In this document: piece after piece, positions 1 through 13,133 of the stretch | How positions within the stretch are numbered: position 1 is the first letter of the stretch | Layout of the letters: each line of letters starts with the position of its first letter | Source of the DNA: Yuukianura sp. NJ FZ-2021 | Taxonomy: Eukaryota | Assembly: GCA_046563655.1 (NCBI GenBank) | Contig: CM102289.1 | Location: forward strand, 8,928,001 to 8,992,000 | Length of the DNA stretch: 64,000 nucleotides | Direction of reading: 5' to 3' | Made by a program: the position numbers and the translations under genes | The notes under the pieces: generated by a model | Told to the model about the DNA's origin: nothing | Database searches by the model: none | Seen by the model: the letters and a program-made list of their open reading frames with translations, nothing else

Positions 1-68
1 AATCAGTCGTTACTGATAAGAACTAAATCGTTCATCCCATTCATCCCAAGATCCAAACTCCTATTACA

Positions 69-3000
69 ATGCAGAGAAGTCAACGATCCAATGCGGGCAA
101 CATCTACAAAAAACGTTTAGAGGAAATTCAAATGGAAGCTCCAAGGGCGAAGAACAAGGGGAAGGTCAAGACTAAATCGAAATCCAAGAGCCCTCCAAAG
201 ACTGCGAAGAAAGCAACCAAGAGCCCAGCCAACAAGTCACGTTACTCGTCTAGCGGCAATCGGTATAAGTCATACGTTTGAATTACGAACTTGAAATAAC
301 ATAAATAAATGGATAAATTCAATACTAATAAGAAGAATTATGTTAGCGCATGCGCATTGGGTTCCTGTTCTTGAGTATTAATAACTGTCTACTATTAGAT
401 TACTAATTGACTAATTGTTATTTTCGGAATTACAGGGATTCCGAGTCTGTGTCAGAGGAAGATCACTGGGATTCGGAGAGTCAGGCAGTTTCTGAAGAAG
501 CATACTCAACTCACTCTGATGAGACGGCGACATCGACCAAGACGACACCCAACTCCAAAACATCGGCTGCCGATTCTTCACATGCTTCGTCTCCAGCAAC
601 TCGTGCCAGCTTACGAATCAAACAAAACCTCAACAGATTCAAATGTCCACATTGCAAGGCAACTTTTGCTGAACTACGATACGTCGAATTCCATTTGCAG
701 CAAATGCACAAATCTGCTCTGGAAGAGGAAGAAGAAGATGAAGACGAGGATTTACCCTTTGTACAAAAGAAGAAGTCACCAAGTACTTCACCTGCTGCGA
801 AAAACAAGCAAGATACGCCGGTAGTACACTCGAAATTGAAAAATACCGCGTCGGATATAGAAGACGAAGACAACAATGACGCTGACATGGACATGATGGA
901 ATTTGAGTCGGAAGATCCGACTGCCAAGGCCAAACCGGAAGACGTAGATGACTATTACGAGATTGAGCAAAACGACGGCTCAGGCACTTCTTATTACGTA
1001 TGCCGAAGGTGTCCAGATTATAAAACTCAGACAAAGCAAATAATTGTGAGTCACGTGCAAAGCCACATTTCGAACAATTATGTCTGCCCATACTGCCACT
1101 CAAAATTTAAAAATCGGGCCAGTTTGGAAACACATCTTTACAATCATACCGGAGTGAAGCCATTTTGTTGCAAACTCTGTGACCTTACTTTCAAAAGTTC
1201 CGATGACATGCTCAAACACTGTCGTACTGGTCACAGTCAAAAGGAAATCCGGCAAGGCACTGTCGCTCCTGCTGCCTCAGTCTCAGGCAGACCAAGTCCA
1301 ACAAATGCTCGGAAACGCGGCGGTCAAGGTGAATCTAAGTCTCCGGATTCTCCGTTTACTTGTCCCTACTGCTTCGAAAGTTTCATGAGCGTTGTCAATT
1401 TGAAAACTCATCTTAACATTCATAAAATCAAGGGAGAGGCGGATGAAGAGACGGACAAGACTCTGTGGGCTGAAATTGCAAAACAAAGTGTAAATGAAAT
1501 TGATGTCGGAGGGAGTCAGCGATTCAGTGACTTTGATTTTGAACCATCCAGGGGAAAGAAGGCGAAGAAAGAAGTATTGATTCAACATGCTGAACCGGAG
1601 ATGAAGCTGTTTGGGGAAAACCCAATGTCAACATTTGTCTTGTCGGAGGAACACGAAGCACCGCCGCAGTGCAAAATTTGCAACAGAGTGTTTCTGTACA
1701 CGACTCAGATTGAAAGACATATGCAGACGGAACACGGATCAGCGATTAGCCCTTCATCACCGTCGCTTATGCCTCCTCGACGTGTAGCAAGTAAGTTAGT
1801 TTTAAAAAAAAAATTAAAAAACAAAAAAAAATATTTTTTTTTGAACTTTTTTTTTAATTACAGAAACCTTTTTTTTCGTGTTTTTTTTAGCATCTCCATT
1901 TCGAAGTTCCGCTGGTTCTGGCTTGTCCAATCAAAATTCTCCTTCCAGAGATCTCACGCCCGTCATCACTTCAGTGGTATCTCAAGCTGCCGTACCGGAT
2001 TCAAGTTCTGCCGAATCGAACAAACCGGTAACGGTAAAATCACCAGTCGTCGGGAACCGTGTTCGTGCCATGACAACAAACGGTAAAGGTTCAAGTACTG
2101 CCGTTCCAGGCCCCAGTACTATTGCTCATGTCGCTAAGAGTATAAAGCCTGCTGCTGGCGGAGTACCAGGTCAACCACTTTACTTTTTGGTTCATTCAGC
2201 AGACAATACATGCATTCCAGTTGAAGCAAGTACTGTTGACGCTGTGACTTCAGCAAATTCAGCTGAAAGTTCGGATCAAGAATCAAGAATTGATGTTGAA
2301 TTGGAGCTGGAACTGAAGCGACTGGGGAAACCAGGGACACCGCTGCTGGAAGGCGCTGACAATCAAAATCTGGAACACGAATGCTCCGTCTGTCAACAAA
2401 AGATTGTCGGATACACGGAAATTGTGAAGCATCTTCACACTCATACTGAATCCGAAGCAGTTTGTCATTTGTGTCAAAAAAGTATGAACAAATTATAAAA
2501 ACGTTTCGGAAACGTTTTTGCTATTTCGTTTGTTTTTATTTGTAGGTTTTTCGGCCAAGGCAAGTCTTGGAATCCATTTCCTAACGCATGTTGGGATAAC
2601 ATTTTCCTGTCCAATCTGTCACAAGCAGTTGTCTAAGAAACAGTCTCTTCTGGAGCACATTCGAGGTCACCAAGGAGCACGACGTTTCCCTTGCAAGCAA
2701 TGTGGAAAAAAGTTCATCACGTCGTCCAGTCTCAATCGCCACCTTAGAACCCATGTTTCTTCTGCCGTTACCACGGAAACTGCTGGAAACTTGTTCCAAT
2801 GTGGACAGTGTCCCACTATTTTCCAAAATATCGATGCTCTTATCCACCATCAACGCGCTCATGACATTATTGCCAAGTACAAGAAAGAGCAGCATGTCGT
2901 TAGGCCCGAAACGACTGTTCCAATTCAGTGCAAATACTGCGGGAAACTTTGGGCATCGGTCTCGGGACTCACTAAACATTTGAAGTCTGCTCATGGACCA

Positions 3001-3600
3001 AATCTTGGACAAGGACCGACTATTAAACGCGAAGGCGACGTAGATCTGACACAACAAGTAGAAGAGACTGATGTGATTGTGACTGAGGCTGAGGCCAGCA
3101 GTAACATGAAGATTATTGACATCATTGACTTAAGCGACGACGAGGATGGGAATCAACTACGCACGGTCGGAGTTGACAATACTGATGTGGAACTTCCTCT
3201 TACGGTTGTGAATGTCGATGGGCAGGATGTCGATGCAATTGAAATCGTCACTACGGATATTCTTGCTAATACTAATGCGGCCTCTGACCGTCCAGATGGG
3301 GACACTGCTGCTCCTGATCCTGGAGATGCTGCTGCTCATATTGGAAATGCTAATACTGCTGATGGTGGAAATGCTGCTGATGGTGGAGAAGTTGCTGATG
3401 TTGGAGATGCTGCTGATGTTGGGAATGCTGCTACTACTGATGTTGGAGATGCTGCACCTGCTGATGTTTATACTGCTGCCCCGGCAGAGAAAGCTGACAC
3501 GGTACCACCCGAGAGCCGGAACGAAACTGAAACAGTTGTGGATGATGAATCGTCCGGAATGACCGAACCGGCAAAGACTCCAAAGGATCAGACCGAATAG
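69..3600 (+). CDS. Multi-C2H2 zinc-finger protein (~1064 aa, 12 fingers), 4 exons
   Basis: Exons 69-262, 436-1790, 1891-2481, 2546-3600 with GT-AG introns in consistent phase. Splicing 2481/2546 restores the finger CHLCQKSFSAKASLGIHFLTH. There are 12 CxxC...HxxxH motifs, including an HTGVKPF linker, plus acidic tracts. Confidence 0.88.
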
Positions 3601-3969
3601 GGTACCGGGCCGACTATCGGAACCGGAAGGAAAAGGAAATTAAGACGGGAGCACACCAAATTCAATATTTATAATTGACTAAATTATGATTAATCGTAGT
3701 TAGTAGAATCAAGCATTTATCTTTGACTTTCATAGCTTAAGCAGCTCTATCATAAAAGATTAGATTTATTTAGCCTCTATTCTTATGATGGCGATAAGTT
3801 TAGCCAATTAATTGTGACTGTGTTGAATCCTATTTAGTTAATAATTTACTATTATTTTTCCATTTTATATGTTAAAAACTAGTTAAATATTCATATCTTA
3901 TGTGTACAGTGTGCAATGATGAATTAAATACGTTTTGAACGTCATTAAATCGGTAGTCAGTCATGTATT

Positions 3970-4285
3970 GGTTGAAGTAAACTTTGACTCTGTCCGTTGT
4001 ACCCCCCGAATTTCATTGTATTGTACCCCCACATTATAATCCGTGGCGGCAAATTCAAAAAAGCAACAAATCGCCCCCTCTATTGTTGGTTAGGTTAGGT
4101 TAGGTTAACCTAAATTAACAAAGGGCGGGGGGTACAGTTCATAAATATATGCCCAACTGAACAAATCAACAGTAGAGGGGGCGATTTGTTGATTTTTTGA
4201 ATTTGCCGCCATGGATTATAATGCGGGGGTACAATACAATGCAAACCGGGGGGTACAACGGACAGAGTCAAAGTTTACTTCGACC
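3970..4285. mobile_element. MITE with ~120-bp terminal inverted repeats and 8-bp TSD (Merlin-like)
   Basis: Left arm GGTTGAAGTAAACTTTGACTCTGTCCGTTGTACCCCCC... mirrors right arm ...GGGGGGTACAACGGACAGAGTCAAAGTTTACTTCGACC. CATGTATT flanks both sides (3962-3969, 4286-4293). (TTAGG)3 lies in the centre. Confidence 0.85.
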
Positions 4286-4583
4286 CATGTATTTATCTTT
4301 CGGGTCTCACTATTCCTCGGACGTGGTCGGATACGTACAGGACCAAGAAACACATGATTTGCATTTACACATGTTTGAAAATTGTCAATTTTAGAATTCA
4401 GTTTTTGCAACTTTTTTGAAGTCGGTCAGTCTTATTTCTTGTCTTCAAAGGTCAAAGTACAAACCTTTCGGTCTCACAAAACTTCTAACGATTGTAAGTT
4501 TAAGCGATTTCTTTGTTTGCTTTGATTAATTGATCAGTGATGGTTTTGCATTCTTAGCAGGGCTGTCAAACACCGGAATCAAG

Positions 4584-6003
4584 ATGTTTGTACGACGAAC
4601 GCAAACTTTAGTAGCTAACAATTACAGCCAGGTAAAGTGATACATCGGGGATATAAATTCGGGTACTAAATACGAGGCCGATAAATTTTTCGTTAATCGT
4701 TTTTAGGTACTCAAGAGACTAAAGGGAACTCTTGTGGTGGCTGAACATAACAATACCAAACTAGCCGGGATTACTCTAAATGCTGTGACTGCTGCTTCAA
4801 AAATTGGCAGTGAAGTGACTTGTCTCGTTGCTGGGTCAAACTGTGCAAAGGTCATTGACCATAATCAAAGAGACCGATTACTGAAATTTAACTGATATTA
4901 CTGAAAGCAGTTGAACTTTGTGTTTGACTACTCATTTGGTATCTAAACCTACAGGTTGCCGAAGAGCTTTCTAAAGTCAAAGGGGTGTCGAAGATTCTTT
5001 TGGCAGACAACAGTGGATTCGATGGATTTCTTCCCGAGAGACTCACTCCGCTGATTGTTGCTTCCCAGAAACAGTTTAGCTTTACACATATTGTTGCCGG
5101 AGCATCAGCTTTTGGCAAGTCACTTCTACCACGAGTGGCGGCATCACTAGATGTATCGGCAGTAACAGATGTTACAGGAATCAAAGATGCTGAGACATTC
5201 ATCAGGACAATATACGCTGGTAAGGTTATGTTAAATGTACAACACATAGGGATACTCTAATTACATTCCATTTTTTGTAGGAAATGCCGTGATGACCTTG
5301 AAATCGAAGGATCCAATCAAAGTGCTTACTGTGAGAGGAACGTCATTTGAGGCTGCAGCAGCAGAAGGCGGGAGTGCTGCGCAAGAAAAGTTATCAGCAG
5401 CTCCCACTGCGACTGACCAGTCGACTTTCGTCAAACAAGAACTGAGCAAAAGTGACCGACCGGAACTGAGCAGTGCCAAGAAAGTCATCAGTGGTGGTAT
5501 GAATATTTTGAATTTTCCGCCATCAAAATTAGCATAACTAAAAGTACGATCATATTACTTTTTTTAGGACGAGGAATAAAAAGCGCTGAAAACTTTGCAA
5601 TTCTTTATGCTCTGGCTGATAAATTGGGAGCTGCTGTTGGGGCGTCTCGTGCAGCAGTTGATGCTGGATACTGCCCTAATGACCTACAAGTTGGACAAAC
5701 TGGCAAAATAGTTGCTCCTGTAAGTTTATTTATACTGTCCACATAACTGCCAACAAAAAGCATATACTGAATAAGTACCTCACGTTAGTAACTGAATACT
5801 GTTTCAAATACTTGATTTTTGTTTAGGAATTGTACATTGCCATTGGAATTTCTGGTGCAATTCAACATTTGGCAGGAATGAAGGACTCCAAAACCATAGT
5901 CGCCATAAACAAGGATCCAGAAGCTCCAATTTTCCAAGTTGCAGATTTGGGGTTAGTCGCTGACCTCTTCAAGGCCGTTCCTGAAATGACACAGAAATTA
6001 TGA
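4584..6003 (+). CDS. ETFA: Electron transfer flavoprotein subunit alpha, mitochondrial (~333 aa), 6 exons
   Basis: Exons 4584-4631, 4707-4850, 4955-5219, 5281-5496, 5568-5719, 5827-6003. Motifs [83 protein letters not shown]. Confidence 0.97.
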
Positions 6004-6087
6004 ACAAACTCATGTATCATCGTCCATAGCCAAAAAGTTTAACAAAATTAAACCCGGAAGCGATTGATTACTACCGTCAGTAATTAA

Positions 6088-6714
6088 TTACCGTGGAGTG
6101 TCACCAATGTCGGTCACATTTTCACATTCTCCACGGTAGGCTACAATGTTTTTCTCAGTTTCCCAAATCTTGACTTCAAAAAGTAGCTTTGGATTGGGCA
6201 ATATTTTCTGGAGTTGGTCCCAGGCAAAAATGGCAATGTTTTCAGTAGTACTGACAACACCTTGCTGGAAGTATGGAACGTCCTTGTCGATACATTTGTG
6301 ATCCAGTGGTTCGATTACTGCTTCGGCCAGAGCTGTTTTCAAATCTTGAAGGTTCATGACCATCCCAGTAACTGGATCCACTGGTCCTCGAACAGTAATT
6401 TGAACTAAAATATCCCAATTCCAAAGGTTAAATGACGATGACCTCATTGACCTCTATGAATGTGAAAACTGTGCGAAATTTTACTTACTGTAGTAGTTGT
6501 GTCCATGTCCGTTTACACCAGCGCATTTAGAGTATACTTTTTCGTTCTCTTCTTGCGATAATCGATTCCTGAAAAGATTCAATTCGTTTAACGATGGTGT
6601 CACTTTCTAAATTAGTATTTCCCAAGAAACTTGCTGGATAACTTACGTGTACAGTCGGTGACTTGCACTGAAGTGGTCCCTCCGCGTCAAATAAGCAATT
6701 GGCCTTTTAACCAT
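6088..6714 (-). CDS. PTS: 6-pyruvoyl tetrahydropterin synthase (purple; ~154 aa), 3 exons
   Basis: Exons 6714-6647, 6568-6489, 6404-6088. Motifs [46 protein letters not shown]. Confidence 0.95.
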
Positions 6715-7981
6715 AATCGTTTTCTGTCTTCCAGGAAATGTCAACGTGGATTCGTATAACTTTGATGTGTCCCGTCGCGTTGGCGTTGCTTGCCAAAAAA
6801 AAGTGTTAAAAGTGTAAAAGCGTTATTTTTTTAAGTAGTAACTTATTCACGTCGATATTTGTTAAGTCGCTTATTAGAGTTACGTTGCCGTCCAGGTTCA
6901 GGAATCCTGGACCAGGATTCCCTAATTCAATTAACCAAAGATGATCAGGTTTATGAATGATTCAACTTTACAAACCAGTTTATTCAAGGCCTTCTACTCA
7001 ATTAACTTACTTAGTAAGTAAGGCCCGTCCAAAACAATGACTCGGTGTCAGCCGTTAGGATATCCTACGCAAGAGTGACAAATGACAATGTAATCCTTTG
7101 TGCAAGACCATTCTCCTTCTTTAATTGTTTAACCTTGAGTGTAAAAAAGGTTCAATCTTTGAACCTTGACGTTCAAGGACGTCGTACAAACCTGATTGTC
7201 ACTTTTAGGTCAATAAATGTTTACACACTTTTAGGTCAATAAAGGTTTACACTCGAAAGCTAACGACGAATCTCCGGCTTCCAGCAGCTGGATTAGTAAA
7301 GATGCAATTCCAGCTAGTACGGTGAAAGCATCCGGCAGGCAGTGAATCGCTGCCAGCGATTATGATTATACGGTGCGGTGGTGAAAGCATCTTTCCGAAT
7401 TCCAGCCCGAGCTCTATTGTTCCAAGAATTAGTTTTTAAAATTCGCATTTGTTGCGGTGACGCGAGACAACTGAGACAATTTGAACTGCAGTGGCGGGAG
7501 TTTTCTAATTTCTTTTACAGTTTACATTTTTTTTGTCAATCTTCTGTTCAATCAATCACCTTCCACGTTCACATGAGGAGACGAGAATGTGATCTTGAAT
7601 GATCATTAATCGTATTCGTAATCAATCATTCATCAATCTGCCAGATTCATTTACGTTTCATCAAACGTTTGAAACGTTTTTCCACAATTATAATTAAAGA
7701 AGGGTGCAGTGTCTATGGAACGGAAGTGAGGCTGTGCGGACATGATATAAAACCGTGGTTTTTCAGCTTGTTGAATAGTGAACCGGAATTCCGAATTCGT
7801 TGCGAGTGGAACCGTTGACCGTGACAGGTTGCTCTTCTTTTATTTTTATAAATTAGTAAGTTACACAAGAAATATTGAAGTAGTGGGTACCTGTTTGTAT
7901 GTTTCTGTTTTACATACGCAGAATCCTACAGAGAAGTGTGGCCGCTACTTGCTAAAACTACCCATTTGTATTGAAACAAAC

Positions 7982-10161
7982 ATGGGATCTTCCAGTCGAC
8001 CAATAATTACGTTACAGATAGGAAACTACTCGAATTATGTTGGGGCTCACTGGTTCAACTCTCAGGTAAACCACTGTCGTCCATTGAAAACCGAAAAACG
8101 AATCTTTGAAGTTGAAACTTACGTTGTGTTTTGTTTTTGTAGATGAACTACTTCCAGTCTGACCCAGAAGCAGATAAAAGTATTTTCTGGAACGATACCC
8201 TGATGTATGGAAAACAACGAATCCTGACACCCCGAGTTCTTCTGTTTGACTTGGATTCTAATTGGCCAAGGAGATCGGGAATCTCAGAAGTGGGGCAATT
8301 GGATCAGACAGAACCACAATGGGAAGGTAGTGTGGATCGGATCTGTGAAGCTGGAAGTAGTACACGGATTGAAAACAAAGGAAAAGTACCTGATTCTGTG
8401 CCCGGTCGATGGAGTGATTACTTGGAATGGAAATTGGAAGGAATGGAGAAAGTTTCTTTTCCAATCTCCAATTTTAGTTACAATTCCTCTTTGGGTGTTC
8501 TTTCCAATTATGAACAAGGGGAAAACATCTTCTCTTCTTTACATGAAAAAGTAGAGGATGGGATTCGGTACTACGCTGAAGGTTGCGACTATTTGGAGGT
8601 AAGTCTCCACATTTTTTTTCAGCTGTAAGTTCAAAACCCGATAACCTTTATAATTTTTTTTTTTGTTTTATGTAGGGATTTCATGTATTGTACGATCAGG
8701 ACGATGGTTTCGGTGGAATCGCTGCTGGAATTCTGTCTCACCTGAGTGACGAATATGACAAGAAATGCAGTCTCGGGATTGGTTTAAATCCTGCCACGAG
8801 GGCAAGATGGGCAGATGAATCTAAACGGGACTGTAAATATAGGCTGATGAACATTGCGCTTGCGTGGAGTGCTTGCACAGCACATTCAACGCTGTTCACA
8901 AGTCTTGGACTTTCAGACGATTTCTTCCGAGCATCTCCTCAGGCCAGGCGTCTTCCTCTCCTGAACTACAAAGTATTTTAGAAAATTATTTTAAAAAAAA
9001 AATTTTTTTTTACTAATGCAGGTTTTATGTTTTAGGGATCTTCAGACTATGAGTCCAGTAGCATACTGGCGGCTGCTCTGGACACGTTGACATCTCCATA
9101 CTTTTCCAGAACTCAACCCACCGGTTTGTCCGAAATGGTTGGTCTACTCAGTGCCTATGGGCGGAAAATGACAACTTTTGGAGTTTCGTTTCCCTTGGAC
9201 ATCGGAGAACACAAATCACTTTATGGAACGTTGAAGGAACATGGACCAAGAGTTGTCCAAAACTTGTCTCCTGGTGCAGGTTCTAACACGGCTGAAGCTT
9301 CAGTAAACTTGGAAACGGCTCTTGGGAATTACTTTGTCATCCGCGGAGTTCCAAACGACAAAGTGATGAGGTGAGATCTGCCAAAAACTACAATTTGATC
9401 CCCGCCGTAGCTTTGGCGAAAGTGTTACAATACAACTTTGACTTTGACAAAAAAAAAATTCCGATTCACCTCGGGACAATTTCATACCGCAGAAGGAAAT
9501 TCCTCACCAAAATTGATACAAAATTAGTTTTTTTTTTTTTTTGGTTTTTCCGCGTTTATTTTCTAGGCTTTCCAGCCCTAGTGTGCAGTATTTCTAGCAA
9601 CTGAAATTACTAAAAACTGTGCAGTTCAATGTTTTAAGTACAAAGTTTTGAAACAATCGTTGACATTTCAATATTTTGGTTTCATGTTGACAGGTCGAGC
9701 GAGGAAACTCCTGCTCTTCGCCTCCAAAGTTCTGGAACTTGTCTCGAGTCCTTCTCCAGGGAATATTGTCCAAAGTCTCTCAATGTGATTCGGAGTGTTG
9801 TGAGTCAATTCAGCATGTCACATCCATTCCCACACCAAGTAGTTGAACAAACATTTCTAGCCACACAGACCAAAACTAAACTCAGAGGAAAAGGTAAAGT
9901 ACTACATCTTCAAAATTCACCCATTTTCAGAGTAAAACGCACAAACTTTCTTTTCTAGACTGCTGGAAAGTAGCCGTTTTGGCCTCCGCCCACAACTCCT
10001 CCTCTCCAAAGCAGCTCCTGGAGCGTTTGGTTTCAGAAGTGGAGGTAGCTCGAGTAAAGGATTCCTTTCAGATCCGAAATTTGGAAGAAGATGACTATGT
10101 AGAGCGCCTGGAGCGTTTGAAAACTCTGCATGAGGCGTATTTGCCGCCACAAAGTATCTAA
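7982..10161 (+). CDS. MSTO1: Protein misato homolog (tubulin/FtsZ-like; ~524 aa), 6 exons
   Basis: Exons 7982-8065, 8143-8598, 8676-8972, 9036-9370, 9694-9893, 9959-10161. Motifs IITLQIGNYSNYVGAHWFNSQ, TPRVLLFDL, WSDYL, IRYYAEGCDYLEGF, DGFGG, SSILAAALDTLTSPY. AATAAA at 10265. Confidence 0.93.
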
Positions 10162-10280
10162 TACTTACCAAGTTTTCTAAGAAGTGCAGCGTCTTTCATT
10201 CGGTGGGTGTCTTAGTTTAAGAGGAAACGTTCTTAACAAATCCTTTTGAGCTCTCAAAATTACGAATAAAGTAGACTATT

Positions 10281-10593
10281 AAGGAGCGAAAGCTACTTGA
10301 TGAATTGACTTTGTCTGTCTGTCCGTCAGTATTATCTCGGAAAGGCTTCAATATTTCTGGAATCTTTTCTCACTACAAAGCCCCGCATGATCTGGCGATG
10401 TGCATTTCGATAGGTCAACTTCCCCGGGTTAAAGGTCAAGGTCACCCCCGTTTGATCACCCGAAGAAAGACATACCCAAAAATTATTGATCTAATCAACA
10501 ACTTTTGTGTACAATTGACCCTAGGTGACCTCCCGGGTCAAAGGTCAACTGATCAGCTAATCTTTCGCTACTTGTGTACAACCGGTTTATTTT
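10281..10593. mobile_element. Helentron/DINE-1-like non-autonomous element
   Basis: Subterminal inverted repeats AAGGAGCGAAAG (10281) and CTTTCGCTACTT (10562), 1 mismatch. GTCTGTCTGTCCGTC microsatellite near the 5' end, a short 3' palindrome (AACCGGTT) and T-rich flanks. Confidence 0.55.
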
Positions 10594-13133
10594 CCAGGCA
10601 GTCCGGAGTTTGTTTTGTTTTGAGTGAATGTAATTTAACATTGTGTGGGGGGATTAGAGGATCTATTCTTTGGGTTTTCGCGGGGTAAAGTAGTGTCAGA
10701 ATCTTCTGTCTGTTGTTTAGAACGACTGTTTTGTTTTCTAAATCTCCCTAGTACTGTTTTCGGAGTTTCCAAAAACGACGAGGGAGATTTGGGTTTATTA
10801 GGCTGGTTTTGGAAAACAGCCTGGACAGAAACTGTCTTGGATTAGTTTCTTCTGAGCTACTTTCTCCCCTTTGAAAAGAGCGGGAGCAGACGGAGAGAAA
10901 GTTTTTCTCTTTTCTATGTTCAAAAGGATTTGTTTTGATGTTCAAGCTTTTTCTCTCATAATATGAATAATTATGGGCGTGTTTCCAAAAATTTTGCCAA
11001 AATTTGGATCCAGAACCAAAATTTTTGGAGAAAGTTGAGTGGATGGAGATGAAAGTAAAGTGATGATATTCGTTTGTTTGGTTTTGTGCAATCCATCTAC
11101 TTCTCTATCTCCTACAGAGATGTTGAAGATGAGTGATGATCTTTTTTTTTTAGAAAGAGAGAGAGAGAGAAAGAGTAAAATAAAAAATCACTTTAGGAAT
11201 CGATTCAAAAACTTACTTGGATTCATTTTTTTTTCAGAAAGACGACGAGACCGAGACGAAGAAGATCAACAACATCAACATGACAAGCTTTTGAGAATTT
11301 CGGCGTCTCCGTGCCTAATTGATTGCTAACGTCTCAACCGAGGTCAAAATTTTAAAAAATGACCTCCGTGACCTTGTTCTCAAAGAATAATTTTTTTAAG
11401 CAGATCGTTCCTGTCTGATTGGTTTTGACTGTTGAAGAGACTAGAAAATTCCTGGACGTGATTTGTGTAAAAGAGAAAACACGACGGAGATGGAGAGAGG
11501 GAGTTCAGTGGCTTCGGAGAGTCGGAAGAGACAAGACGCTAAAGGAACTGCGCTCCATTTTTTTTTCTGTGGTGGCGTCGGCTGGATTTGAACACTGGAT
11601 TTTGCGTGACTCTGGTCTATTGTTTTCCAAAGTTACCACAAATCAGGTAAACAATGTACAGAAACCATTACTATCAGTTACTCTCCTAATGCTCTACTGT
11701 TTTAGTTAGTCTTTTCGTTAGTGTAAGTTGAGCTAACCCATTGTGGTCACCCCCTTGTCACTCTTTGCCATTTGAGCCTAGAAGTGATGGCTTTGTTTTT
11801 CCCAGAATTGGGCCGAATCTGCTCAAGTTCCGGTAGTTTATGATTCAGCATCCATTTGGCTCCTGTTCCCTAATTTTCATTTGGTCTTTACTGCTTTCTG
11901 CTGCGGAGAAAGTGCAGTGGAGAAAGGAGACTTTTTTGAAAATACCCGCCAAAAGATGAAATTGAATTCGGTTTTTTGCTTTTTCCAAAGAGACTTGATA
12001 CAATTTGGGTCGTTAGTTAAGTGGGGCTCTTTTGAAAGTAAGTGGACCACTGCCGTTGAAATGCTTAGGGTTTCGGTTCAACTTAACCGGAGTGCACAAA
12101 TTCCCGTGGGAAATTGGTCAGTGGTTGGAGCGGGAAAGTGGCGCGCCTTTGGTGCGAACACAAATTGGGATTAAATTCAATGGAGAAATCATAGAGAAAG
12201 CTGCGTTTTCGAAAGAAAAAAGCTTTTTTTTAAGAAACCCCGATTTTGTGTTTAAACAAAACTCTCGAATTTTCTCTACACGCCGTCTCCCCTAAAATCC
12301 GCGCGTTTCCCCTGAAATCCCCGAATTTCTCCACCCCTGTTTATTTTTTAACCCAGTTTTTCTAAAAAGTTTTTAGAAAAACTGTTAACCGCACTTTTTC
12401 TTAAAAATCGTTGTTTGTTTTTAGAAACCCTGTTTTTTTTTTTGTTTTTTAAATGGCCTTTTATTTCCAAAAATGCTATTTTTTTTGCAACTAACCACTG
12501 CATTTGAGTTAGTTTTTGGGCCGAACCGAAGAGACAGCTATAGTCTCAAGTGCAGAAATTGCAAGGACCGTTCGTGTTATAGAAATGAGAGGGTAATAAA
12601 GTAGGGGCGGGAACTGGATAAAAAAAATGATGCTGCAGCCACTGGCTCATCCGTTATACTATTACTACTAGTATGGTAGTAAGCTAAAGGAAGCGTCCTT
12701 GCCAGAACTTGCCAGCATCATGATGCCAAGTAGGGAAAAGGGAAAGTTGTCAAGAGTCCAAATCTTTATGCGAGTCTGTCTCGACTTGGATGAGGACGAA
12801 AGAGGAGGAGAAAGTTAAACTTTTGGTGAAAGCTAAAACGGAGTAGTAAGTACTATGTACAAGAAATCCAAACTACTTTTGTAACGAGTTGGACCTATTA
12901 TAGTTCTTACTTGTGTCAAGCATGACTATGGTGAACACAGTCAAGTTCGGTCATCGACCAGACCAAGATTTTAGTCTACTTTAGATCTCATATTCCTTTT
13001 TTTTTCTGGATTTGATAGGTTTTTGTCAGTCGTTGACATGGAAGATCTAGAAGATCCGATAGAAAGCAGATCTAAGGATTCCTAGATTTTTTCGGTTTTT
13101 TTGGACATCCGAACTCCCGGTTCAAAAAAGAAG

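Noticed and set aside
511..3562. Antisense and alternative-frame ORFs over the zinc-finger gene (511-933, 639-1103, 2581-3057, 3212-3562)
   Set aside because: Shadows of the real coding frame and its low-complexity repeats.
4090..4104. Telomere or chromosome-fusion scar from TTAGG repeats
   Set aside because: Only three copies, inside a MITE; similar short TTAGG/CCTAA runs are scattered through the window.
7250..7420. Structured ncRNA or ribozyme between PTS and misato (small hairpins, GGTGAAAGCATC twice)
   Set aside because: No tRNA, snRNA or hammerhead consensus seen. An Rfam scan would be needed.
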